Shown piece after piece: positions 1 to 7,312 of a stretch of DNA of 10,272 nucleotides. This stretch comes from Candidatus Phoenicimicrobium oleiphilum. GTDB lineage: Bacteria > Atribacterota > Phoenicimicrobiia > Phoenicimicrobiales > Phoenicimicrobiaceae. A program made the translations under genes and the position numbers. How positions within the stretch are numbered: the first letter of the stretch is position 1; every line of letters starts with the position of its first letter. The notes under the pieces are model-generated. The model was not told the DNA's origin and ran no database searches. It saw only the letters and a program-made list of their open reading frames with translations. The DNA is taken from assembly GCA_039638295.1 (NCBI GenBank), contig JBDIWJ010000050.1, positions 1 through 10,272 of the forward strand, in the 5' to 3' direction.

Positions 1-96
1 CTCTACTATCCCTTTAGCAATTATCTCTTTTTTGTCCCAGTTGTAAAGTTGGTATTTTGCTGAGGAGCTGCCACAGTTTAAAGATAAGATGATCAT
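1..96 (-). CDS. ackA: Acetate kinase, N-terminal part (continues beyond the left edge)
   Basis: Not in the ORF track. Manual translation from the ATG at 96 gives [32 protein letters not shown], matching the acetate/propionate kinase N-terminal signature (LNxGSSSxKxQL...AKGxVE). SD AGGAG at 110-106, 9 nt upstream. Confidence 0.92.
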   Translation of the reverse strand, partial: MIILSLNCGSSSAKYQLYNWDKKEIIAKGIVE

Positions 97-133
97 AATC
101 ACTTACTCCTTTTAGATTTTGTTATGCAATTTA

Positions 134-178
134 AACTATAATGAACCCTTGTATTTTTTACAAGGGTTCATTATAGTT
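134..178. terminator. Perfect 20-bp inverted repeat (stem-loop) between malic enzyme and ackA; possible terminator or mRNA-stabilising hairpin
   Basis: aactataatgaacccttgta (134-153), 5-nt loop ttttt, tacaagggttcattatagtt (159-178). It lies 32 nt past the malic enzyme stop. No clear U-tract follows on the minus strand. Confidence 0.6.
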
Positions 179-210
179 AGTTAATATATTTTCTCTTATA
201 ACTATATTAT

Positions 211-1386
211 TTAGATTCTGGCTACTCCACTTTTTATTGCCGCTTGAGCTACCGCCTCTGATTCTCTCTCTACTACCAGAGGGTTAAAGACATTGGGGAT
301 GATATTATCTTCGGTTAGCTCATCATCAGGGATGATAGAGGCAATGGCCTGGGAGGCAGCTATCTTCATCTCTTCATTTATATCTCGAGCTCTTACCTTC
401 AGAGCTCCTTTGAAGATAGCTGGGAAACCGAGACAGTTGTTAACCTGGTTGGGGAAATCAGAACGACCAGTGGCTATGATACGGGCACCGGCAGCCTTGG
501 CTTCATCAGGCATAATCTCAGGGACAGGATTAGCCATAGCAAAGATGATGGGGTCAGAGGCCATTGATCTTACCATCTCTTGGGTAAGAGCTCCCGCTAC
601 TGATAAGCCAATAAACACATCAGCTCCTACCAGGGCATCAGAAAGGGTACCTTTCAGGAGCTCTCTGTTGGTAACCTTAGCCATCTCTTCTTTAGCCCAG
701 TTCATATTCTCTTTTCTCCCTTGGTAGATGATCCCTTTGGAATCACAGAGGATGGCATTTTTTACCCCAGCAGAGATAAGGAATTTTAAGACAGCGATAG
801 CTGCTGCTCCTGCCCCATTTACTACTATCTTGACCTGGTCTATCTTCTTTCCTACTATCTTTAGGGCATTGAGCAGGCCAGATAGGACTATTACCGCAGT
901 ACCATGTTGGTCATCATGGAATACGGGGATATCTAAGGTCTCTTTTAATTTTCTCTCGATCTCAAAACAGCGGGGGGCAGAGATATCCTCCAAGTTGATA
1001 CCGCCAAGGCTAGGGGCTATTAAAGTTACAGCTTCCACAATCTTATCGGGGTCTTTAGTGGCAAGACATATAGGGAAGGCATCTACTCCGGCAAAGTATT
1101 TGAAGAGGACGGCTTTCCCTTCCATTACGGGAAGGGCGGCCTCTGGACCGATATCCCCCAGACCCAAGACAGCTGTTCCGTCAGTTACTACTGCTACCAT
1201 ATTCCCTTTGGTGGTATATTTATAGACATCAGCTATATTTTTATGGATCTTTCGGCAGGGTTCGGCTACCCCGGGGGTGTAGACTACAGCTAAATCATGC
1301 ATATCTTTTATCTTGGTCTTGCTTATTACTTCAATCTTTCCTTTGTTCTCTTCGTGTAGTTTTAAGGCTTCTTCATTTAGATTCAT
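211..1386 (-). CDS. mae: NAD(P)-dependent malic enzyme, short form without PTA domain
   Basis: 391 aa with motifs YTPGVAEPC, VTDGTAVLGLGDIGP, PVMEGKAVLFK, INLEDISAPRCF, FHDDQHGTA, NGAGAAA and ATGRSDFPNQVNN. SD AGGAG upstream. Confidence 0.95.
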   Translation of the reverse strand: MNLNEEALKLHEENKGKIEVISKTKIKDMHDLAVVYTPGVAEPCRKIHKNIADVYKYTTKGNMVAVVTDGTAVLGLGDIGPEAALPVMEGKAVLFKYFAGVDAFPICLATKDPDKIVEAVTLIAPSLGGINLEDISAPRCFEIERKLKETLDIPVFHDDQHGTAVIVLSGLLNALKIVGKKIDQVKIVVNGAGAAAIAVLKFLISAGVKNAILCDSKGIIYQGRKENMNWAKEEMAKVTNRELLKGTLSDALVGADVFIGLSVAGALTQEMVRSMASDPIIFAMANPVPEIMPDEAKAAGARIIATGRSDFPNQVNNCLGFPAIFKGALKVRARDINEEMKIAASQAIASIIPDDELTEDNIIPNVFNPLVVERESEAVAQAAIKSGVARI

Positions 1387-1415
1387 TTTTATTTTTATCT
1401 CCTTTTCTTTTGTTA

Positions 1416-1970
1416 TTATTTTTTGTATTTTGGTGGTTCTGTTTCATAAAGGTTATTACCCTCACAATCGATTATCACAATAGCCGGAAAATCTTCTACA
1501 TAGTAACGATGAATGGCCTCTGCTCCTAAGTCATCATAGGCTACCACTTCTGATTTTTTGATACTGCGGGCAATGAGGGCAGCTGCTCCTCCTACAGCGC
1601 CCAAATAGACGGCTTTGTTCTTCTTCATACTCTCGATTACCTCTTGAGAACGGGATCCTTTACCGATCATCCCCTTAAGACCTCTATCTAAGAGGGAGGG
1701 GGCATAGGGATCCATGCGGTAGGAGGTGGTAGGACCGGCTGAACCACAGGGGTATCCTGGTTTGGCCGGGGCTGGACCTACATAGTAAATTACCTGACCT
1801 TGAATATCGATGGGTAGTTCTTTTCCTTGTTCGATCAGTTCGATCAATCTTTTATGGGCCGCATCTCTACCGGTATAGATATAGCCGGTTACCAGTACCG
1901 AATCTCCGGCTTTTAATTGTTTTACTTTATTATCATCTAAGGGGGTGGTTATCTTCTTTACTTGGGTCAT
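1416..1970 (-). CDS. fumB: Class I Fe-S hydro-lyase (fumarate hydratase/tartrate dehydratase family), beta subunit
   Basis: Motifs TGRDAAHKR, YYVGP, AGPTTSYRMD, MIGKG and GGAAAL. Start reassigned to the ATG at 1970 (MTQVKKITTPL), which has SD AGGAG at 1985-1981. The ORF-track start at 2024 overlaps the alpha gene. Confidence 0.9.
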   Translation of the reverse strand: MTQVKKITTPLDDNKVKQLKAGDSVLVTGYIYTGRDAAHKRLIELIEQGKELPIDIQGQVIYYVGPAPAKPGYPCGSAGPTTSYRMDPYAPSLLDRGLKGMIGKGSRSQEVIESMKKNKAVYLGAVGGAAALIARSIKKSEVVAYDDLGAEAIHRYYVEDFPAIVIIDCEGNNLYETEPPKYKK

Positions 1971-1987
1971 CTTTTTTCTACTCCTTC

Positions 1988-2833
1988 CTATAATATTCCT
2001 TCGGCATGGCGGGCAGCATGACAACAGACATTTATAGCTACTGGCATACCAGCTATGTGGGTGGGAAGATAATCTATGTGGACTGCTAAGGAAGTGGTCC
2101 TACCTCCCAGGCCAGCTGGACCGATACCTAAGTTATTGATCTTCTCTAAGGCCTCTTTTTCCATAGAGGCATATCTTTCGTTCTGGTTGTGTTCACCCAT
2201 CTTACGGGCAATGGCTTTTTTAGCTATGACCATAGCTTTATCGGCAGTCCCTCCGATACCTACTCCAATGATGGTAGGGGGACAGGGATTGGGACCGGCT
2301 TTTCTTACCGTCTCTACGATAAAGTTTACTATCCCTTCTGGACCATCGGCTGGTTTTAGCATCGCCAGGGCACTCATATTTTCACTACCAAAGCCTTTGG
2401 GCAGTACGGTTAATTTGATTTTATCTCCGGGGACTATATCGGTATAGATTATTGCTGGAGTATTGGTCTTGGTGTTCTTTCTTTCAAAGACCGGGTCATC
2501 TACTACTGATTTTCTTAAGTATCCTTCCTGATAGGCCTCTTTGACTCCCTGGTTTATGACCTCAGCAAAGTCACCACCTACAATACAGATCTGCTGTCCT
2601 AACTCCACAAATACTACTGCTAATCCGGTGTCCTGACAGATGGCAATCTCTTCAGAGGAGGCAATCTTATTATTTTCTATAATCATCTGCAGGACAGATT
2701 TGCCTATAGAGGAAGTCTCTTCTTTCAGGGCCTCTTCTAAGCGCTGCATAAGATCCTGGTCGATATGATAGTTAGCTTTAAGAAAAAGTTCTTTTACTTT
2801 GGATTTGATCTGGGTCGTATTTATCTCTCGCAT
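1988..2833 (-). CDS. fumA: Class I Fe-S hydro-lyase (fumarate hydratase/tartrate dehydratase family), alpha subunit
   Basis: 281 aa with the Fe-S Cys motifs ICQDTG, NPCPP and CCHAARH, plus YLRKSVV, KGFGSEN and IGPAGLGG. It is adjacent to the beta subunit and malic enzyme. Confidence 0.92.
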   Translation of the reverse strand: MREINTTQIKSKVKELFLKANYHIDQDLMQRLEEALKEETSSIGKSVLQMIIENNKIASSEEIAICQDTGLAVVFVELGQQICIVGGDFAEVINQGVKEAYQEGYLRKSVVDDPVFERKNTKTNTPAIIYTDIVPGDKIKLTVLPKGFGSENMSALAMLKPADGPEGIVNFIVETVRKAGPNPCPPTIIGVGIGGTADKAMVIAKKAIARKMGEHNQNERYASMEKEALEKINNLGIGPAGLGGRTTSLAVHIDYLPTHIAGMPVAINVCCHAARHAEGIL

Positions 2834-2883
2834 TGGATTTGTTTGTTTTCTCCTTTCTTAATTTCTTTCATTAACAATTATTT

Positions 2884-2991
2884 TTAAAGTAAATGCTTAC
2901 AATTGGGACAAACTGGGGGATCTCCGATAAAACCATGGTAAGATTTTCCACAATAAGGTCAGGTATCATGCAATCCACAATTTGCTACCAT
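2884..2991 (-). CDS. Putative 35-aa selenocysteine-containing rubredoxin/zinc-ribbon-like mini-protein (MVANCGLHDTUPYCGKSYHGFIGDPPVCPNCKHLL)
   Basis: SD AAGGAG (3007-3002), 10 nt, then ATG at 2991. In-frame TGA at 2961-2959 occupies the first Cys position of a CPxCG-x12-CPxC motif. TAA stop at 2886-2884. It fills the gap between two co-directional genes. Confidence 0.65.
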
Positions 2992-3027
2992 CTCTAACTT
3001 ACTCCTTTGACTACCTTGTTAATTTTA

Positions 3028-3393
3028 TTAAGGTATTATCTCAGTAATTTTAATTTTTATAGCCGCTTTAGGTTTAGGGAAGCCTCTCTTCAATTCTTCT
3101 ACTTGTTTTGTTATTTTTTTATAGAGTTCCCCTTCTTTTATTACTTCTGCTCTCCCGCGAAGGCGCACCAACTTTTTTGTCTCCCTATCCACAGCAACTA
3201 CCATTATTGCTTCAGGATTATCTAAAATATTTTGTAAAGTGGTTTTACCAAATATCTCAGCATAGACTAACTCTTTGTCATTTAAAACTCTCATAGTCCC
3301 CTTGGGAGCAACATCAGGTTTTCCTTGTTGGTTAACTGTGACAATAAAGCAGAGTTGTTCATTAATCACTTTGGTCATTTCAGGGGTTAGCAT
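3028..3393 (-). CDS. Pyridoxamine 5'-phosphate oxidase-like (split-barrel) FMN-binding protein
   Basis: 121 aa with the pattern FIVTVNQQGKPDVAPKGT...LVYAEIFGKTTLQNILDNP...VRLRGRAEVI...KAAIKIKITEI, typical of short PNPOx-family proteins. SD GAGGGAG upstream. Confidence 0.85.
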   Translation of the reverse strand: MLTPEMTKVINEQLCFIVTVNQQGKPDVAPKGTMRVLNDKELVYAEIFGKTTLQNILDNPEAIMVVAVDRETKKLVRLRGRAEVIKEGELYKKITKQVEELKRGFPKPKAAIKIKITEIIP

Positions 3394-3511
3394 TGTTATC
3401 TCCCTCTTTTTTTTAGATTTGCAATCTTTATTTTTACCAACTAATTATTCTCCTTATTTTGGTGGTTTACTTTGATATAATTTATAGAGATGTAAAAAAC
3501 TCTGTTTTTAT

Positions 3512-4189
3512 CTAATTTGTTTTCTTATCTGCATCTTTCTTATTTACTTCTTCGAGAGAAGAGTAGTTCAATTCTTTAAACATATATTCATATCCTTCTA
3601 GGGCCAGATTCCTTCCTTCTTTCTCAGCATTTAATACATCCTGGAAATAATATTCAATTGTTAAAGGCGGATAAGTTTCTAATTCACTTTTTAAGTATTT
3701 TTCAAAGTTAAGACCTTTACTTCTATCAGCTTTAGTTTTAAATATGTTGGGATATTTCTCTTTTAATTCAATTTGCCATTTCGATTCTATTTTAATAATT
3801 TTCTGAATAAGTATTTTATGTTCTTCATCCAAAGAATTCAAATTATCCGGAGGACCCTCTACATCACATTGAGTTTTACTTCTTTCGTATCCCATTTTTA
3901 AATTTGAATCTACTTGTTTCATATCTTTAATATTTGAACTTTCATCCATTCTTAAATATTTTTCTTTTAACAAATTTCTCCCTTCTACTATTGCGTCTTC
4001 TAATCCATTCAGGTACGACTTTAAAGTATTGTAAGACAAGGGTTTAAAAACACTTTTTCTTTCTAATATAAATAGTTTTTCACGTTCTTTGCATTTCTCT
4101 CCCTGTGTATTTGTGTGGATTTCCCGAAACATCTTATGTTCCAGTTTCACTATTCTTCTAATCACACTTTCTTTACTTTCCATAGTCAT
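3512..4189 (-). CDS. DUF4125-like protein
   Basis: 225 aa with IVKLEHKMF, LKSYLNGLEDAIVEGRNLLKEKYLRM, FEKYLKSELETY and EGRNLALEGYEYMFKELNYSSLEE, resembling DUF4125. SD AGGTGA upstream. Confidence 0.75.
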   Translation of the reverse strand: MTMESKESVIRRIVKLEHKMFREIHTNTQGEKCKEREKLFILERKSVFKPLSYNTLKSYLNGLEDAIVEGRNLLKEKYLRMDESSNIKDMKQVDSNLKMGYERSKTQCDVEGPPDNLNSLDEEHKILIQKIIKIESKWQIELKEKYPNIFKTKADRSKGLNFEKYLKSELETYPPLTIEYYFQDVLNAEKEGRNLALEGYEYMFKELNYSSLEEVNKKDADKKTN

Positions 4190-4267
4190 ATTACTATCAC
4201 CTACCTTCTTCTTTAAAAAATAATTTTAAAATATTCATTAATATTATATTTTTCACTACATTTCATA

Positions 4268-6271
4268 TTATACCACTGACAACATCTTCTTTTTAAGTAG
4301 TTTTCTCTTGAGTATTGCTTGAATAATTTGTGGTAATTTTTCATAATTCTCCATTATTATAACTCGACCTTCTCCATACTGTTCTTTTAACCTTCTTATT
4401 TTCTCCCCTTTTCCTATAACTACCAGATCTATATTTTTCTTCTCACAATAATTAATAGCATGATTGTAACCAACCCCTACATTACATAGACCATCACTTA
4501 AATGTAAGAGGAGATTTCTTTTACCTCCCCCTGTTAGTTTAGCGGCCCCAAGACAAGCTTCGCCGGAGGGAGTATTCCCCTGAGGAGAAATACTGAATAT
4601 TTTATTATGGTGAAATAAACGGGTTAGAACACATATTTCGTTAATTTCGTTGTAGGCCAAAATCTCCAGCTTATGATTATATGGTATTATAGCTTGAAAA
4701 ATTGCTAAAAATGTTTTTTCTATCAAACTCCAATTAGTTATCATTGAACCGGAGGCATCAATCAACAAAGTCAATGACCATTTATCATTTTTTATAGTAT
4801 CCTTTTGCTTAAAAGAAAGTCCTGTTGTATAAGCTCTATATAATCTCGAAGTATCAAGCTTACCATAAGGTAAACCTCGTGATATTCTTAGAGTATCCTC
4901 TCGGTGCATCCTAAATATTTCTTTTAATTCTCCAACTATTATCGGATCTGGATAATACTTTGGTAGAATATTTGACTCTTCAATAACAGTTGAGTAAATT
5001 AATTTTTCGTTAATTCTTAATCCCATCAATTCTAAAGCATCTTTAATTTGTAAGGTCATTTCTTGGGAATTCTTTTCAATAGCACTATTAACTGCCTTTA
5101 ATAGTTGGGGGTCAAAGGGGGCAAAATGTTGAAGATCTATTTGATTTTCTTCTCTTTTTGCTCCTATTTTTTCTTTTGGACCAAACTGTTCTTCCCATTC
5201 AAAAAGATATTTCTGTATTTTTGACCATAATTTATCATACAATTTAGCCCGAGAATCTTCTTTGGTAATTATAATCTCATAAATGTTTTCTAACAATATT
5301 TTTAAAGGTGCCCAGTAGAGTTTATTAACCTTTTTAAGCTTATTCTCTAAATTGTGTTTTATATTTATCGACTCAACTGGTAACACATTTTCGAGACCAT
5401 CTAAATTCAAGGTATCTCTTTTTTTAAAGTATTCCGAAATGGTTTTGGTAAGATCTAAATCCGCATTGGCTAATATAATATCCAAGGCAATATCTTCCCA
5501 TAAGTAAATTAGTTTTTCCGCGGTAGGTATTTTAGTCTGGTAATCAGAAAGCGAAGGATTAAGGTTTTCTTTAAACCACTTCCGATATAAACGCACATAA
5601 TTCCCTAAAATACCCTGGGCAATGGCGACTCCGTCTACATGGATATCTTCCGCTACATCAAAGAACCTTCTTAGAAGCAACCTATCTCTTATTCCGGTAT
5701 TGAGCGAAATTAGGGAAAGAGCTACCTTTTCCTCTGTTTTTTCCTTAAAATGAAGTGCGTGGTGAATCACATAGCCAACCAAGATATCTACTTTGTAAAA
5801 AGGGACAGGATATTCTCCCATAGCCAACTGGATAGGAACTTCAATTTTACGCTCTTTAGTGGCAAGAGGCATTTGTCCTATCCAATCCATCCTAATATCT
5901 AAACCCAAACAACCAACTACTTTTCTCAGAGCAACTAATACATTGGCTAATTCCACATATTCAATAGAAGATCTATTAACTCGCCAATAAAATGAGTAAC
6001 ATTTATATTTTATTATCTCTCTTTTTATGCTGTTTACTAAATTTTTTTGTTTTTCTAAAATGCCTATTCCACATTTCCAGCAATGGAATTGTCTTATATC
6101 GGTAAGTGCTTCTTTAATCCACTTCTCTTTATCTTCTGCTTTTATCGTTCTAAGCAGAGCAAACCAACGATCACAACCATAATTAGATTCTTCTTCATTT
6201 TTGAGCCAATAGTCAACAGCTTCATAAAATTTTTCAAAACTTTTATCTTCTACTCGGTATAATTCAATCAT
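4268..6271 (-). CDS. VWA (MIDAS) domain protein, partner of the AAA+ ATPase (BssF/CobT/NorD-like)
   Basis: 667 aa. The C-terminal VWA domain has LLIDASGSM (DxSxS), GNTPSG (T) and LHLSDG (D), preceded by the GKLDTSRLYRA motif of CobT/NorD-type proteins. It lies directly downstream of the AAA gene. SD GAGGT at 6283-6279. Confidence 0.85.
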   Translation of the reverse strand: MIELYRVEDKSFEKFYEAVDYWLKNEEESNYGCDRWFALLRTIKAEDKEKWIKEALTDIRQFHCWKCGIGILEKQKNLVNSIKREIIKYKCYSFYWRVNRSSIEYVELANVLVALRKVVGCLGLDIRMDWIGQMPLATKERKIEVPIQLAMGEYPVPFYKVDILVGYVIHHALHFKEKTEEKVALSLISLNTGIRDRLLLRRFFDVAEDIHVDGVAIAQGILGNYVRLYRKWFKENLNPSLSDYQTKIPTAEKLIYLWEDIALDIILANADLDLTKTISEYFKKRDTLNLDGLENVLPVESINIKHNLENKLKKVNKLYWAPLKILLENIYEIIITKEDSRAKLYDKLWSKIQKYLFEWEEQFGPKEKIGAKREENQIDLQHFAPFDPQLLKAVNSAIEKNSQEMTLQIKDALELMGLRINEKLIYSTVIEESNILPKYYPDPIIVGELKEIFRMHREDTLRISRGLPYGKLDTSRLYRAYTTGLSFKQKDTIKNDKWSLTLLIDASGSMITNWSLIEKTFLAIFQAIIPYNHKLEILAYNEINEICVLTRLFHHNKIFSISPQGNTPSGEACLGAAKLTGGGKRNLLLHLSDGLCNVGVGYNHAINYCEKKNIDLVVIGKGEKIRRLKEQYGEGRVIIMENYEKLPQIIQAILKRKLLKKKMLSVV

Positions 6272-6288
6272 TCATATTACCTCGTATT

Positions 6289-7152
6289 TTAAACATATTT
6301 AACATAATGGTGATTGTCACTTATCTCCTCTTCACCTTCTGCCAAATGCAAGGAAATTAAAGCGCTTTCCAAAATACTTTTTTCTATTTGGATACTATAA
6401 ACCAAAGCATCTCTAATATCTGCTCCCTCAGAAGCAAGTTCTGCTATCATCAAACTGTGTCTAGTGGAAATAGACAAAGGCATCTGGGCATTATTTCTAA
6501 GAAGATTTACCACCTTTACAATTTTTTTGGCTATTTCCCTAGATACTCCTGTCTTTGAACATAGTATTTCTTCTTCAATATCAGCAGGAGGATAATCTAC
6601 TTGAATGATATAAAATCTGTCTCTTAGGGCAGCATCCATCATATCGATACCCGTAAATTCAGCACCTTCGTTTAAAGTGGCAAAAAATATTACTTCCTCT
6701 GCTACCTTAACTAACCCTAATCCTTCTACCCATATAGATCTATCTTCTGATAATACTGAAAACAGATCATTTAATGCTTTCGGATGTTCTGGCCGATTTA
6801 TTTCTTCTAAGTGAATAACACTTCTTGGTGTGGATATTGCCTGGGGGAACAAATATTCTTCAAAAAATGTATTACCTTCTTTTAACCCTTTTTCCCCAAA
6901 AAGTTGTCCTGGCTCAGACAATAATCCTATCTGAAAAGTCGATAAAGGTCTCTTATTATTAGCCGCAAACTGTCTTACTAAACTTGATTTACCACACCCT
7001 TGTTTCCCCACAACTAAGACATTAACTGGATGCCTTTTAGCCAATTTCTCAATGCGATTTAGATTTTTTATTATCCCCTGGGGTAAAAAATAATTAGGGT
7101 CTTTTTCCGGTATCATCAATTTTACATCTCTATCGTTTATCATGTTTATCAT
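6289..7152 (-). CDS. CbbQ/NirQ/NorQ (MoxR-class) AAA+ ATPase, BssE/TutH-like
   Basis: 287 aa with Walker A GKQGCGKS, Walker B variant IHLEEINRP, sensor I FFATLN, arginine finger ALRDRF and sensor II ISTR. SD AGGAG at 7169-7165. Confidence 0.88.
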   Translation of the reverse strand: MINMINDRDVKLMIPEKDPNYFLPQGIIKNLNRIEKLAKRHPVNVLVVGKQGCGKSSLVRQFAANNKRPLSTFQIGLLSEPGQLFGEKGLKEGNTFFEEYLFPQAISTPRSVIHLEEINRPEHPKALNDLFSVLSEDRSIWVEGLGLVKVAEEVIFFATLNEGAEFTGIDMMDAALRDRFYIIQVDYPPADIEEEILCSKTGVSREIAKKIVKVVNLLRNNAQMPLSISTRHSLMIAELASEGADIRDALVYSIQIEKSILESALISLHLAEGEEEISDNHHYVKYV

Positions 7153-7312
7153 TTTTAAAATTTTCTCCTATTCTAATCTTAGGTTATATTCTATTTTTAT
7201 TTACCTATATGCTATCTCTAATTTAGTTATTTTTATTTTCATCCTCTTAATTTCTTTGTAAATAATTATTTTTCGTAATTTATGACTCTTTCTTTATATA
7301 TTAGCTTAATTT

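Noticed and set aside
293..1225. Plus-strand ORFs 293..727 and 728..1225
   Set aside because: They are antisense shadows of the malic enzyme gene with no recognisable motifs.
1971..2024. N-terminal extension MSCCPPCRR... of the fumarase beta ORF
   Set aside because: It overlaps the alpha gene's 3' end, and the SD supports the ATG at 1970. The Cys cluster is an off-frame artefact.
2076..2447. Plus-strand 123-aa ORF
   Set aside because: It is an antisense shadow of the fumarase alpha subunit.
2897..2912. 15/16 inverted match between 2897-2912 and 31-46, bracketing fum-mae
   Set aside because: Both copies lie in coding sequence (ackA and the mini-ORF), with no transposase or target duplication. 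It is most likely chance.
2959..2961. TGA read as Trp or Gly through genome-wide code reassignment
   Set aside because: The long ORFs translate fully in the standard code with no in-frame TGA, and the motif position calls for Cys or Sec.
3007..3475. Plus-strand ORFs 3007..3225, 3108..3296 and 3275..3475
   Set aside because: They overlap the PNPOx-like gene on the opposite strand, with biased composition and no motifs.
7153..7312. Possible promoter or short ORF (MKIKITKLEIAYR) between dctM and the AAA gene
   Set aside because: The region is very AT-rich, with no convincing -35/-10 pair and no properly spaced SD for the short ORF.
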